From positions 3,939 through 67,938 of the forward strand of contig JAQYVT010000005.1 in NCBI GenBank assembly GCA_030145345.1: DNA of 64,000 bases, read 5' to 3'. The stretch's first letter is position 1, and each line of letters starts with the position of its first letter. The translations under genes were made by a program, and so were the position numbers. This DNA is from Desulfobacterales bacterium. Its GTDB lineage: Bacteria; Desulfobacterota; Desulfobacteria; Desulfobacterales; UBA11574. Positions 10,276-20,591 of the stretch are shown in pieces. The notes beneath the pieces are model-generated. The model did no database searches, was not told the DNA's origin, and saw only the letters and a program-made list of their open reading frames with translations.

Positions 10276-10473
10276 CGCTTAGATTCTACAAAACAAATCG
10301 ATTTCAAATGAGCAGAGAAGGCGTATCCTTTTTCCGGAACCCCATCTTAGGGTGATATTTTTATCTGATTTTACCCGTGAAGAAAATATTTGGCCATGGG
10401 CCGTTTTTTAAAAAACCATATCAGCCCATGGATGTGATGTGCCTGAAACATTTCGCAATAAAAGGAGTGTTAA

Positions 10474-11661
10474 ATGAAAATAAATGCAAATGATTACAGA
10501 AACTTAAACCCGGGTGAACGCATTCTCATGGGACCCGGGCCCAGCAATGTTCCTTCACGGGTTCTTCAGGCCATGGCTGAACCCTGTATCGGGCACCTGG
10601 ATCCGTACTTTTTATCGATTATGAATGACGTTCAGGAGCTGCTCAGATATCTTTTTCAAACGAACAATCCTTTAACCATACCGATTTCCGGGACCGGAAG
10701 CGCCGGCATGGAGACCTGTCTGGTCAATCTGGTTGAACCCGGTGATGAAGTTGTCGTTTGCGTTAACGGCGTATTTGGTACGCGGATGGCCGACATCGTG
10801 AATCGCATTGGGGGCAAGCTCATCCGGGTAGATGCCGAGTGGGGAAGAATCATCGATCCTGAGGCGGTTCAAAAAATCGTGTCGGGCTGCACCCCCAAAG
10901 TCATCGCTGTGGTGCATGCTGAAACATCCACAGGCGTATGCCAGCCATTGGAAGATCTTGCCGATATTGCCCGCCATGCCGGGGCGTTATTTCTTGTGGA
11001 TACCGTTACCTCTTTGGGCGGCATGGACGTTGCGCTTGACCGAACAAAAATCGATGCCGCCTACAGCGGAACCCAGAAATGTATATCATGTCCGCCGGGA
11101 CTTTCACCCATTTCACTGAGCGAGGCGGCCATAGATGCCCTTGAACAACGAAAAACGCCGGTGGTGAGCTGGTATCTGGATATGTCCATGGTCAGGGACT
11201 ACTGGGGAGATGAAAGGAAATATCATCATACGGCACCCATTAATATGATTTACGGTGTCCGAGAAGCATTGCGCATTATTGCAGAGGAAAGTTTGGAGCT
11301 GCGTTTTGAGCGGCATCGATTAAACCATCGGGCGCTGGTCGCCGGAATTGAAAGAATGGGGCTTTCGATGCTGGTACCGGAATCTGAACGGCTGCCCATG
11401 TTGAATGCGGTTTGTATTCCCGATGGTGTGGATGATATCAAAATACGTAAAGCCCTCCTCAAGGACTTCGGTATCGAAATTGGTGGCGGATTGGGTGAAT
11501 TTGCCGGAAGAATTTGGCGGGTCGGACTCATGGGGCATACCAGCCACCCGAGGAACGTTATGCTTTTTCTGTCCGCCCTTGGAACGGTTCTCAAAGCTGA
11601 AAAATTTAAGGTTCAGCCCGATGCGCTGGATGCAGCCGCGGCAGTTTATCAAGAAAAATAG
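10474..11661 (+). CDS. Class V aminotransferase (alanine-glyoxylate / serine-pyruvate aminotransferase family)
   Basis: It is 395 aa. The PLP-lysine context is SGTQKCISCPPGLSPIS and the layout is AGXT-like. Confidence 0.8.
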   Translation: MKINANDYRNLNPGERILMGPGPSNVPSRVLQAMAEPCIGHLDPYFLSIMNDVQELLRYLFQTNNPLTIPISGTGSAGMETCLVNLVEPGDEVVVCVNGVFGTRMADIVNRIGGKLIRVDAEWGRIIDPEAVQKIVSGCTPKVIAVVHAETSTGVCQPLEDLADIARHAGALFLVDTVTSLGGMDVALDRTKIDAAYSGTQKCISCPPGLSPISLSEAAIDALEQRKTPVVSWYLDMSMVRDYWGDERKYHHTAPINMIYGVREALRIIAEESLELRFERHRLNHRALVAGIERMGLSMLVPESERLPMLNAVCIPDGVDDIKIRKALLKDFGIEIGGGLGEFAGRIWRVGLMGHTSHPRNVMLFLSALGTVLKAEKFKVQPDALDAAAAVYQEK

Positions 11662-11703
11662 TGGCGACAATTTCATAAAATGTCTTTTATGAAATCGTCA
11701 GCG

Positions 11704-14703
11704 TTAGATTCTAAAAAGTTTAAGCGGGTCGTTCGCAAGTTCTCTGTTGGCGGACTTCAATCTGTCCTCACTCGATATCACCGCTACTGCCTGTCGATCA
11801 TCCATGTCATGGAAATATTTTTCAGCAACGTTCATGAGTTGATGGCGGGTAATGGAAAGGAGTTTTTCCTTGAACCGTTCACGCATCTCGTCCGATAACG
11901 AGACGATCTTTCTGAAAAAAGCTTTTCTGGCTGCGGGTCCCGGGGGATCCGGCTTGTCAATTTCAGAGCATACCTGGAGGATGGCCTCTTTGACATCTTC
12001 GTTGCTGTAGCTTCCCGATCTTATGAAATCCCGAGCGCCGTCGTATACTTTGAGGGTAGAAACGATGTGGGGGTCTCTGTAAGAACCGAAATGAAAAACC
12101 CCATTTTCAGGATTGTATATGGCAAACCCGCCGTAGGCGCCGCCTTTTTCGCGAATTTCCCGATGCAGATACATGGATCTGAGTATTTTACTGATAACGG
12201 ATAAAGCCGGTGCATCTTCATGTTCCAGACGAACGGCCTTAAATGCAGCGGCGACAAATGAAACAGCAGATGATGTACTCCATCCTTCTCGGGGAATTGC
12301 ATCAAAAACGTCGATTTCCGGCGGACCGAATCCATGGGGCGATTTTAAAGATTCCGGTCCTTTTTTCAGCCCGTTTTGTAAGGTTGCCATCGGTGAAGTC
12401 GCTGCAGAAATTGCAGGCTCTTCACCGATCAAAGCGATTTTAAGATTATTTTTTGTCAACAAAATTCTGCCGATTTCGGAAAGTTCCTCGGAGATGGATT
12501 TAAGCGTGTCGTCTGTAAGATTATCGGTGATCTTTTTTATGGTCTGTACCTGGTGAATTCCATTCCAGGACTCGCTGAGCGCATTACTAATGGAAAAATT
12601 CCTTGACGCCAGCGTCATGGCCAGCCGGTGCCCGTTTTGAACGATCATCGATTCCAGGCCGGACCGGTATTCCAGAAAAAGGCTTTTTAAACGATCCAGA
12701 TCTGAAAAATCGAATTTGCATAAAAGCTCTTCAATAATTTCAAACATTTTATTCTGATTCCGCACCAGGCATTTCCCACCCAAAGCAACAAGGGGAAGAC
12801 ATGCGCCGGAATCGTCAAAGCCGGTTCGGGCATCGCAGGATAGGCCGATGCCGCCGGTATAGGCATCGATCCGCTGTGCCATCTCTACATAGTCATGGAC
12901 GGATGTGCCCACCTTGGAAAAGGCATGGCAGAAAAAAGGGACCAAAGGGAGCCGTTGTTTTGACAGCAATCCACTTCCGGCGATTGCCAGGAAATAAAAA
13001 ATATCGGAAGTTGCCTGTTGATAACAGGCGGCCGGTACTATGGGGAACGACGCTGATGTTTTTACACGTTGAATTTCTTTCGGAATCTCTTCGAGTTCCA
13101 GGGTGGGCAAACATGAAACATCCTCTTTTTCTTCCTGGAGTTGTTTTAAAGCGCGGGTATCTTCTTTAATTTTTTCAAGTTCTGTCGGCATTACATCGGC
13201 TCTGATCCGATCCAGCTCCGCTGAAACGCGTTCGCGTTCTTTTTCTTCCATAAACTGATCCGGAACAAGGGAAAGAAGGACCCGGTGCGGGTTGTCCAGA
13301 AAATATTTTTTAATCCGATTTTCAAGTAAGGGTCCTTTGGAAATTTCATGACGAAGTCGTTTAAGATCCGCATCGAACTTCAAAACTCTCACAGGATCAC
13401 CCCCATGAAACCAGCTTCCGGCAAAAGCTAAGAGCAGTTTAATGCCGTATGGATACGGCGTATTTGTTATCTCCTTTCGATGGAATTCTATCTGGTGAAC
13501 GGCGGATTCGATGATGTGTTTGTCTATGCCATTTTTGGATAAATGTTCTAACACATCGAAAATTATCGTTTTAATTTTGTCGGCGTCCGAGTTGTCGACG
13601 TCCTTTAATCCGCAGACAAACAGGGTATCCCTGTTGTCGGCATCATATCCAGTGCCATCGCAAAGAGATGATCCGAGTTTAGAATCTATCAATGCCTTTC
13701 GCAGGGGAGATGCAGGGTTTCCAAGAAGAATCTTCTCAAGAAGGGTAAGAATCAAGATTTCAAAAGAATCTTTGATGTCGGCGGTGAGCCATGCCACACA
13801 CACCTGGCATTTTTTTGCTGGACTTTCGTTTTTATCCAATGGATAGGGATAAGTTTTTCTTTTAGGACGGCGCCATCGCGGATGCGGTGGAACATCGGTC
13901 TTGGGGTCTATGCGTTTAAAATGGATCAAAATTTTGTCGTGGATAAACTTCAGATGGTCGCTTAAAGGCAGGTTCCCATAGGTATAAAAGAAAGCGTTAC
14001 TGGGATGGTAATGCCGTCGATGAAAGGCCTTCAGCTGGTCGTATGTCAGTTGGGGAATGACGGTAGGATCTCCGCCGGAATTATAACCGTAGGTGGTCTC
14101 CGGGTAGATTGAATTTAAAATAGATCGGACCATGACCTGGTTCGGAGAAGACATGGCCCCTTTCATCTCATTGTAAACAACCCCTTTATAAACCAGTTTC
14201 GATGAATCCGTATCTTGTGTATCATCTGCCACTTCAAGGCGGTGCCCCTCCTGCTTAAAGCTAAGCTCTTCAATGGTGGGGTAAAACGCAGAATCCAGAT
14301 AAACATCCATTAGATTATAAAAATCTTTTTTATTCTGAGTGGAAAAAGGATACATGGTCCAGTCGGATGACGTAAAAGCGTTCATGAAGGTGCTCAAACT
14401 CCTTTTAAGCATGGAAAAGAACGGATCGCGTACCTGAAATTTACTGGAACCGCATAAAGCGGTATGTTCCAAGATGTGGGCGACACCGGTTGAATCGGAG
14501 GGAACTGTTTTAAAGGCTACGCTGAAAGTATTTTCTTTATCGCTGCTGCTAATGTGAGCGTGTCTGGCGCCGGTTGAAGTATGTTCAAGAAGATAAAAAA
14601 GAGAATTGATTTCTTTGAGTTCTACGGCATGTTTTATAGAATAGCCATAAACAGTGACGGCTTTTTTAAGATCCGGGTTGTTCTTGTCAATAGACGTATT
14701 CAT
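11704..14703 (-). CDS. M16C (PreP/presequence-protease-like) zinc metallopeptidase
   Basis: It is 999 aa with an inverted zinc motif HILEH near the N-terminus. It has no signal peptide. The size is typical of the M16C clam-shell enzymes. Confidence 0.85.
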   Translation of the reverse strand: MNTSIDKNNPDLKKAVTVYGYSIKHAVELKEINSLFYLLEHTSTGARHAHISSSDKENTFSVAFKTVPSDSTGVAHILEHTALCGSSKFQVRDPFFSMLKRSLSTFMNAFTSSDWTMYPFSTQNKKDFYNLMDVYLDSAFYPTIEELSFKQEGHRLEVADDTQDTDSSKLVYKGVVYNEMKGAMSSPNQVMVRSILNSIYPETTYGYNSGGDPTVIPQLTYDQLKAFHRRHYHPSNAFFYTYGNLPLSDHLKFIHDKILIHFKRIDPKTDVPPHPRWRRPKRKTYPYPLDKNESPAKKCQVCVAWLTADIKDSFEILILTLLEKILLGNPASPLRKALIDSKLGSSLCDGTGYDADNRDTLFVCGLKDVDNSDADKIKTIIFDVLEHLSKNGIDKHIIESAVHQIEFHRKEITNTPYPYGIKLLLAFAGSWFHGGDPVRVLKFDADLKRLRHEISKGPLLENRIKKYFLDNPHRVLLSLVPDQFMEEKERERVSAELDRIRADVMPTELEKIKEDTRALKQLQEEKEDVSCLPTLELEEIPKEIQRVKTSASFPIVPAACYQQATSDIFYFLAIAGSGLLSKQRLPLVPFFCHAFSKVGTSVHDYVEMAQRIDAYTGGIGLSCDARTGFDDSGACLPLVALGGKCLVRNQNKMFEIIEELLCKFDFSDLDRLKSLFLEYRSGLESMIVQNGHRLAMTLASRNFSISNALSESWNGIHQVQTIKKITDNLTDDTLKSISEELSEIGRILLTKNNLKIALIGEEPAISAATSPMATLQNGLKKGPESLKSPHGFGPPEIDVFDAIPREGWSTSSAVSFVAAAFKAVRLEHEDAPALSVISKILRSMYLHREIREKGGAYGGFAIYNPENGVFHFGSYRDPHIVSTLKVYDGARDFIRSGSYSNEDVKEAILQVCSEIDKPDPPGPAARKAFFRKIVSLSDEMRERFKEKLLSITRHQLMNVAEKYFHDMDDRQAVAVISSEDRLKSANRELANDPLKLFRI

Positions 14704-14748
14704 GATAGGAGCACCTTTAAGATTCCATGCGTATCAAAGCAGACGGCT

Positions 14749-14896
14749 TCGTAAAAAGTCCAACTTCTGCGTTGCGCTGCATTCCTCGTCATTGCGACGT
14801 ACAATAAGTACTTCTCATTTCTCGGAATTTGCGCGCCTTGAATTTGAAGCTTTTTACTTTGCCGTCGAATTTTGACTTTTTACGAGTTTATCAAAG
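14749..14896. repeat. Short intergenic repeat element with 12-nt inverted ends
   Basis: The sequence tcgtaaaaagtc (14749-14760) is the exact reverse complement of gactttttacga (14874-14885). The right end, gactttttacgagtttatcaaag, recurs with 19/22 identity at 29775-29796. Confidence 0.5.
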
Positions 14897-14913
14897 TAAA
14901 TATCAAAATAAAA

Positions 14914-15306
14914 TTAAGAAGCGATATAAACGCCACGTTCCTTGCGAACGATTTTTCCCATTTTGTGCAGCCGGTAAATAATATTGCGAAGTTTTTTTTC
15001 TCCAAAACCCGTTCTGTCCTGAATCTCAGAAAATCCTACGCCTTTTTTGAACCTTTTGATAACTTCAAGTGTCAGATCAGAAGAAGTTGTGGTAGATGTT
15101 TCGGCGGCAGCGGTTGCGTTGGCGGATTTTACAGAGGGCGTCGATCTTCTTTTGGCATATAATTCAAAGGACTTGATCGCCTTCTCAAGTCGATCCATCC
15201 TGTCCATAAGCTTGTCGACATCTTTCTTCGTCGGAATATTGTAATATTGCATGAAAAACTTTACCATTGCATCAAAACTTACAGACTTCCCTTTTTTCCG
15301 GGTCAT
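14914..15306 (-). CDS. Small phasin-like coiled-coil protein with a C-terminal winged-helix-like domain
   Basis: It is 130 aa counted from the ATG at 15306, which is preceded by gaaggagga (the longest ORF starts at 15357). The motif IPTKKDVDKLMDRMDRLEKAI resembles PhaF/PhaI-type phasins. The C-terminus is paralogous to that of the 20592-20993 product. Confidence 0.65.
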   Translation of the reverse strand: MTRKKGKSVSFDAMVKFFMQYYNIPTKKDVDKLMDRMDRLEKAIKSFELYAKRRSTPSVKSANATAAAETSTTTSSDLTLEVIKRFKKGVGFSEIQDRTGFGEKKLRNIIYRLHKMGKIVRKERGVYIAS

Positions 15307-15695
15307 GTGATCCTCCTTCTGCGTTACTCTCATCGTGAGTGTTTTGCATTCACCCAAAAAAAACCTTTTTATGAGTTCAGCAAAAATTGGTTAAAAAGTC
15401 AAGTTATACAATCGCTTTGCGCCGTCGTGGAGCGTTCTCTCTCGATTGGGATTCAAATGCGTTTACCCTGTCGCTTCGCGGTCCTATATGCGTCTGTCCG
15501 CAACGCCCTTCTTTGGGAGGCGGTGGGGCGACTTCACCAGATTAAAAAAGATTTCCATACGATCAAAATAAAACGTCCGGGGTTGGTGTTAAGATACCCT
15601 GAAACTGAGATGCCGAGACGGTAAATTGGTTTTGTGTCAGCCCGTTACGCCGTGCAAGTCAACAAATAATGAGTCGTTGAAAATAATGACCGTTC

Positions 15696-16226
15696 ATGAT
15701 ACCCTTGAACGGAAGAAAATTTCTTATGCACGAAAAAGAGATGAAAAAAACAAAACAAGATTCTACGGTCAAGAAATCAGAAAATTTTTTAAAAAAATTC
15801 AATATCCGGGAATTCGCGGACCGCGTAAAAGAACTTCACGGAGATCCCCATTATGTCGCCATGGGAATGGCCATCGGAGTTTTTATCAGCATAACCCCGA
15901 CCATTCCATTTCATACGGCTATCGCTGTCGCCCTGGCGTTTGTTTTTCGCGGGAGCAAAGTCGCTGCAGCCCTTGGCGTCTGGTTTTGCAATCCGTTGAC
16001 CGCGCCGCTTTTTTATTGGGGAAGTTATAAAGCGGGGATGTTTATTCTGGGCGATCCGGGCGCATTTAATGTAAAATTCGAGTCGATTATAGAACTTTTA
16101 AAACTGGGAGCGGATGTTACAATGGCCATGATCACGGGCGGCGTAATACTGGGAATTTTACCGGGTATTGCGGCTTACTTTCTAACCCGGAAAATTTTTA
16201 TAACCATACGATCGCGTAAAACATGA
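15696..16226 (+). CDS. DUF2062 family membrane protein
   Basis: The core HGDPHYVAMGMAIGVFISITP...ALGVWFCNPLTAPLFYW is typical of DUF2062. The start is uncertain, with alternative ATGs at 15726 and 15741. Confidence 0.7.
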   Translation: MIPLNGRKFLMHEKEMKKTKQDSTVKKSENFLKKFNIREFADRVKELHGDPHYVAMGMAIGVFISITPTIPFHTAIAVALAFVFRGSKVAAALGVWFCNPLTAPLFYWGSYKAGMFILGDPGAFNVKFESIIELLKLGADVTMAMITGGVILGILPGIAAYFLTRKIFITIRSRKT

Positions 16227-16260
16227 AAGAATTTATTGAAGCACTTTTTTGTCTATCGTT

Positions 16261-17112
16261 ATGACATCCCCTAGAATTCTACTTGCCGCGCACAATATCC
16301 GGCCCAAAAAACAACTGGGCCAAAATTTTATAATAGATCCGGCCTTTACAAAAATGATTGTAAATCGGTCCGGAATCTTACCTGAAGACGTTGTGCTTGA
16401 AATCGGCGCAGGCCTGGGCGCTCTGACCATTCCTTTGGCTCGTAAAGCGAAGAAGGTCTTTGCGGTTGAAAGAGATCAACAAATTATCGACATCTTAAAG
16501 ACAGAGATTCTGGCCAGCGGTCTTTCAAATACGGTTATCATTGAAAAAAACATATTGACGGTTGATATCGAAGTTCTGGCAGAAAATATCGGTCGAAAGA
16601 TAGTGGTGATGGGCAATCTCCCCTATAATATTTCTTCCCAAATTCTGGTTCGACTTGTAAAATCCAGAAAAATGGTGAGCCGGGCCATTCTCATGTTTCA
16701 GAAGGAAATGGCCCAACGCATTTCCGCACAACCGGATTGTAAGGATTACGGACGGTTAACGGTTATGCTCCGCTATTGTTCAGATATAAAAAAACTGGCC
16801 GATGTCAAGGCGTCTCTTTTTTATCCAAAACCCAAAGTCGACTCTGAGATCCTGGAATTAAAATTTAAAAGTAAGGCAGTACATCCCGTGCGAGATGAAG
16901 CATTCTTTTTCAGGGTTATCAAGGCGGCTTTCGGAAACAGACGGAAAACCCTGAAAAATTCGCTCGCCGCAAGCGAACTCAACCTTGACGCAAATACGGC
17001 AAAGCATATACTGGAACGTTCGGGCATCGATCCTGTTCGACGGGCTGAGACGTTGAACACAGAGGAGTTTGTTAGGTTGAGTAATCTTTTATACAATTCT
17101 TATCCAACTTAA
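16261..17112 (+). CDS. rsmA: 16S rRNA (adenine1518/1519-N6)-dimethyltransferase
   Basis: It has KKQLGQNFI, the SAM motif LEIGAGLGALT, and NLPYNISS. The ATG at 16261 is preferred over the TTG at 16249. Confidence 0.9.
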   Translation: MTSPRILLAAHNIRPKKQLGQNFIIDPAFTKMIVNRSGILPEDVVLEIGAGLGALTIPLARKAKKVFAVERDQQIIDILKTEILASGLSNTVIIEKNILTVDIEVLAENIGRKIVVMGNLPYNISSQILVRLVKSRKMVSRAILMFQKEMAQRISAQPDCKDYGRLTVMLRYCSDIKKLADVKASLFYPKPKVDSEILELKFKSKAVHPVRDEAFFFRVIKAAFGNRRKTLKNSLAASELNLDANTAKHILERSGIDPVRRAETLNTEEFVRLSNLLYNSYPT

Positions 17113-17143
17113 TCGGCGCATTTAGACCCTAGTTGAGCGAAAG

Positions 17144-20086
17144 TTAGGGTTTGTCGGGCCTTACGATAATGGTTGCTGCCCGATCGTTATCCAGGTATTT
17201 TTTTGCGATATTTGAAACTTCTTCTTGTGTAATAGACGCATAATCTTTGTTTATCGTCCTGCTCCAGTCGATTTGCTGGGGATATTTTTCAGAGCCCGTT
17301 AGCACCGTATCGAGCCAGTAGTTGTTTTTTCGAAGCATATCTTTGATGCTGGTGATCGAGGGTGCTACGGCCCGGTGCAGCTCATCCTGAGTCAAACCGT
17401 TTTTTACCAGGTCTGACGATATTTTTTTTACTTTTTTTATCAGCACATCTGCTTCTTCGGGATCGACATAAACCCTTGTCTGAAGAACCCCATATCCCGG
17501 ATAGACACGACTCGGCCTGTTAAAAGCGAACGTAGAATAGGCGGCCCCCAGCTTTTCCCGTATCTGCTCACGAAGCCTGTCTGAAATAATGGCCGAAAGA
17601 ACAGATAAGCGGCGTGTTCGGCTAATATCCCATAAATCTTCCGTCGGATAGGCAACAACGATCAGTCCTTTTTGGATCTTTGTCGGAGCAGATATGGTTT
17701 TTGATTGACCGACAGGAAATACCGGCAATTTTTTTTCTTTTTGTTCGATGATGATCGGTTTCAGGGAAAGGCTTCCAAAGTATTTTGCGGCCAATTTGAT
17801 GGTGGATTCCATATCAAAATCTCCCGCAACAGACACTTCTAAATCATCATTTCCAATGGACTGGGTGATCCACGATTTGACATCGTCAAGGGTCAATTTA
17901 TTGAAGTTTTTATAATCAGGAAGGCCAAAACGATTGTCTCCTCCTGCAAGAAAACGAACGCCGGAAAGTTCCATTGCGCCGTCGATTGAACTGGAAACCG
18001 CCATGTATTTCTGCCGGTATAGCTCCAAAGAACGCTCATAAGCTTCTTGTCTAAATCCCGGGTCAACAAAATGGGCATAAAGTAGTTCGAACAGCAAGGG
18101 AACTTCATGCGTCACCGTCTCTCCTCTCAACAAAAAGCGGTCTTCACCGACACGGAAAGTAACGCTGGTATTTTTTCCGGACAAGGCCCGTTCAATCTCA
18201 TCCCGTTTTAGCGCTCCGAGACCGCTTTCATTAACCACATTCGTGGATAAAAGCGCGAGACCCGGCATGTTTAACGGCTCATAAGATTTGCCCCGGCCAA
18301 AAGCAAGATTAACGATGACCTGATTGGCCTTAAAATCGGTTTTTTTGAGATTCAAACGGACACCGTTTTTAAAATCTACCTGGACAATTCCAAGATCAGG
18401 AATCTTTTTTGTCCGGGTAATCCGACCTTCTTTTTCAGGTTCCGGGAGGTAAGGGAAGATTACAGCGCTCTTTTGGATCGGCCTGGATACTGCCGCAGAC
18501 CTGCTGTTGAAATAAGCGTCCAGTATTTGAGTTTCAGGATCCGTTTTCATATCGGTCAGCTGTGCGTTGCCGGTGACGAGTACAAGGCGGTCATCAGACG
18601 GCCAGATCTCCTTGAATGCATCGTGTACATTTTTCAATGTTACTGAGTCGATTATCGAAGCAAAAAGTTCTTTTTTCTGTTCAGGGGACATAAACACGCG
18701 GTCTGTGTTTAAACTCCATATGATCTTTCTTGCCAGATCATCGCTGTTACGCGTAGAAGCTTCTTTAACTGCGTTATCGAGTTCTGAGAGAAAATCCTTT
18801 TTGACTCTGGCAAGCTCGGATTCGGTAAAGCCGAATTTCAAAGCCTTTCTTAATGTTTGTTCGATTAGGGAAAGAGAATCCTTCCAGTTTTCCGGATTAC
18901 AATCGGCTGAGATCTCGGAATAATTAATTTGATGCAGAAAAATTCCGGAACTAATGGAAGCTGAGGTGAAGGGTGTATCGGATTTCCTCGCCAATGTGTC
19001 GAGACGATCCTTTACCATTCGATTTGCCATATTTTTGGTCAAGCGCTTCTTTTGAAAATCCAAAGAATCGGCTTCTGGTGGAACTTTTTTTACAACTTCG
19101 ATGCTAACCGTCGTATTTCCGGATTCTTTTTCAAAGTGGTAAAAAGGTTTAACGCCTTTATGGTTTATATCTCCAAATTCAGGAACGATTCCAGGGGGGG
19201 CTCTGGGCGCAAGAGAGGAGAATTTGTTGTCTATGAGCGTTGCTGCCAATTTTGCATCAAAATCTCCTGCCAATACCAGGATCATCTTCTCAGGCCGATA
19301 CCAGGTATCATAAAACTTTTTCAAGTCCTTGGGTTCTGTACTTTTCAGCACTTCTTCTTTGCCGATTGGAAGTCGTTTGGAGATGATTGCATCTGGAAAC
19401 TCAAAGTTGGTGGTTGAAATATAGGTTCTATAAGATGCCGAGTCCCGGGTTCTCATTTCAGATAGAACGACCCGTCGTTCCTTTTCTACCTGAGATGGTA
19501 AGAGAAGGGCGCCTTCAGCGAAGTCTTTCATGACCACAAGGCCATTTTCCAAACTTTCCCCGTCCCCTTCCGGCAACAACATATCATAAACGGTTCTGTC
19601 AAACCCGGTATGGGCGTTTGCATCGGGTCCAAATTTCATACCGATACTCTGGAAATATTTCACCAGTTCTTCGGGCTGAAAATGCGTTGAACCGTCAAAG
19701 AGCAGATGTTCCAGAAAATGAGCCAATCCTTGCTGGGTGTCCGATTCATATATAGAACCTGCCAGAACATATAGATGCAGGCTCACCCGGTTCTTGGGGC
19801 GGTGATTTTCCATTAATACATATCTGAAACCATTGGGCAATTTTTTGAACACAAGGTTGGGATCGGGTAGAAGATCGCTCTTTTCGTGGGGCCACAGAAT
19901 CGAAGAATCCGTCTCTTCAAGTGCTTTTTGGGATCCGGTCAACTGTTTAAAATGATCTTCGGAAACGACCGGGTTTTTGCCCCTATTGAAACTTTGCTCG
20001 ATGGAAGAACAAGACAATAAAACAACGATCATCAAAGCACATAGTGATAACTTTGCCGTAAAATGACCAAAGAATTTTCTAAACAC
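17144..20086 (-). CDS. M16 family zinc metallopeptidase, predicted lipoprotein (double-length, pitrilysin-like)
   Basis: It has the HFLEH zinc motif and a lipobox-like LLSC after a hydrophobic leader. The GTG at 20086 is preceded by taaggagaataac. The 45 codons upstream of it in the longest ORF (to 20221) look non-coding. Confidence 0.85.
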   Translation of the reverse strand: MFRKFFGHFTAKLSLCALMIVVLLSCSSIEQSFNRGKNPVVSEDHFKQLTGSQKALEETDSSILWPHEKSDLLPDPNLVFKKLPNGFRYVLMENHRPKNRVSLHLYVLAGSIYESDTQQGLAHFLEHLLFDGSTHFQPEELVKYFQSIGMKFGPDANAHTGFDRTVYDMLLPEGDGESLENGLVVMKDFAEGALLLPSQVEKERRVVLSEMRTRDSASYRTYISTTNFEFPDAIISKRLPIGKEEVLKSTEPKDLKKFYDTWYRPEKMILVLAGDFDAKLAATLIDNKFSSLAPRAPPGIVPEFGDINHKGVKPFYHFEKESGNTTVSIEVVKKVPPEADSLDFQKKRLTKNMANRMVKDRLDTLARKSDTPFTSASISSGIFLHQINYSEISADCNPENWKDSLSLIEQTLRKALKFGFTESELARVKKDFLSELDNAVKEASTRNSDDLARKIIWSLNTDRVFMSPEQKKELFASIIDSVTLKNVHDAFKEIWPSDDRLVLVTGNAQLTDMKTDPETQILDAYFNSRSAAVSRPIQKSAVIFPYLPEPEKEGRITRTKKIPDLGIVQVDFKNGVRLNLKKTDFKANQVIVNLAFGRGKSYEPLNMPGLALLSTNVVNESGLGALKRDEIERALSGKNTSVTFRVGEDRFLLRGETVTHEVPLLFELLYAHFVDPGFRQEAYERSLELYRQKYMAVSSSIDGAMELSGVRFLAGGDNRFGLPDYKNFNKLTLDDVKSWITQSIGNDDLEVSVAGDFDMESTIKLAAKYFGSLSLKPIIIEQKEKKLPVFPVGQSKTISAPTKIQKGLIVVAYPTEDLWDISRTRRLSVLSAIISDRLREQIREKLGAAYSTFAFNRPSRVYPGYGVLQTRVYVDPEEADVLIKKVKKISSDLVKNGLTQDELHRAVAPSITSIKDMLRKNNYWLDTVLTGSEKYPQQIDWSRTINKDYASITQEEVSNIAKKYLDNDRAATIIVRPDKP

Positions 20087-20465
20087 CGTTATTCTCCTTA
20101 TACATAAGGTCTTTTGCGAATACCTAAATTGCGGGTAGGCAAAATGACGATTAACTTTCTGTGTATTAAATGGTATAAAATCATGGTCAGTTGGATATTG
20201 AAGCAGCCTGCAGCCCCCCAAGGGAGATCTGGTAAGCCCCCGACGATTTTCAATTGGGGGTAACCCTCAACAGGCCGTCAAAAACAAATATCCAATACTT
20301 AAAGAAGATAAAACAGATTTTTCAGATATCAAATCCACGAAGTATTTTAAATTGTAAAATTATATGGCAGAACCTTCATTGAAGGAAAGGCATCGTTTAA
20401 TTTTAATTGATCCAATGTCCCGTGTCGAAGTTTACGCTCAATGGGAGGCAAACAATTCCCGGTAT

Positions 20466-20530
20466 CAAAAAAGCAAAAAGCCTTCCATCTGCCTGTTCTG
20501 TCATTTCAGGCACACAGAAGGCTTCCTTTT
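20466..20530 (-). terminator. Rho-independent terminator downstream of the H1-like gene
   Basis: The stem aagccttc/gaaggctt encloses an inner stem tgcct/aggca. On the minus strand it is followed by tttttgctttttt. Confidence 0.55.
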
Positions 20531-20591
20531 TACGGTATCCGGCCGGCTATGCGGACGTAATCTTTAACGCCCTTTTACGGTTACATAAAGG

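Noticed and set aside
10273-10292. The word ttagattcta.aaaa is shared between 10278 and 11704.
   Set aside because: An 11-12-nt match is expected by chance many times in 64 kb. One copy is coding sequence (the C-terminus of the M16C peptidase).
17113-17145. The words ccctagttg / agttgagcga recur after the stop codons at 9109, 17112 and 37684, which could indicate a terminator-repeat family.
   Set aside because: The shared words are only 9-10 nt, which is not statistically meaningful in this window. It is mentioned only as context for the 37.7-kb hairpin cluster.
20087-20221. The lipoprotein M16 peptidase has a 45-codon N-terminal extension.
   Set aside because: The GTG at 20086 is preceded by taaggag and is followed directly by a signal peptide and lipobox. 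The upstream residues are not signal-like.
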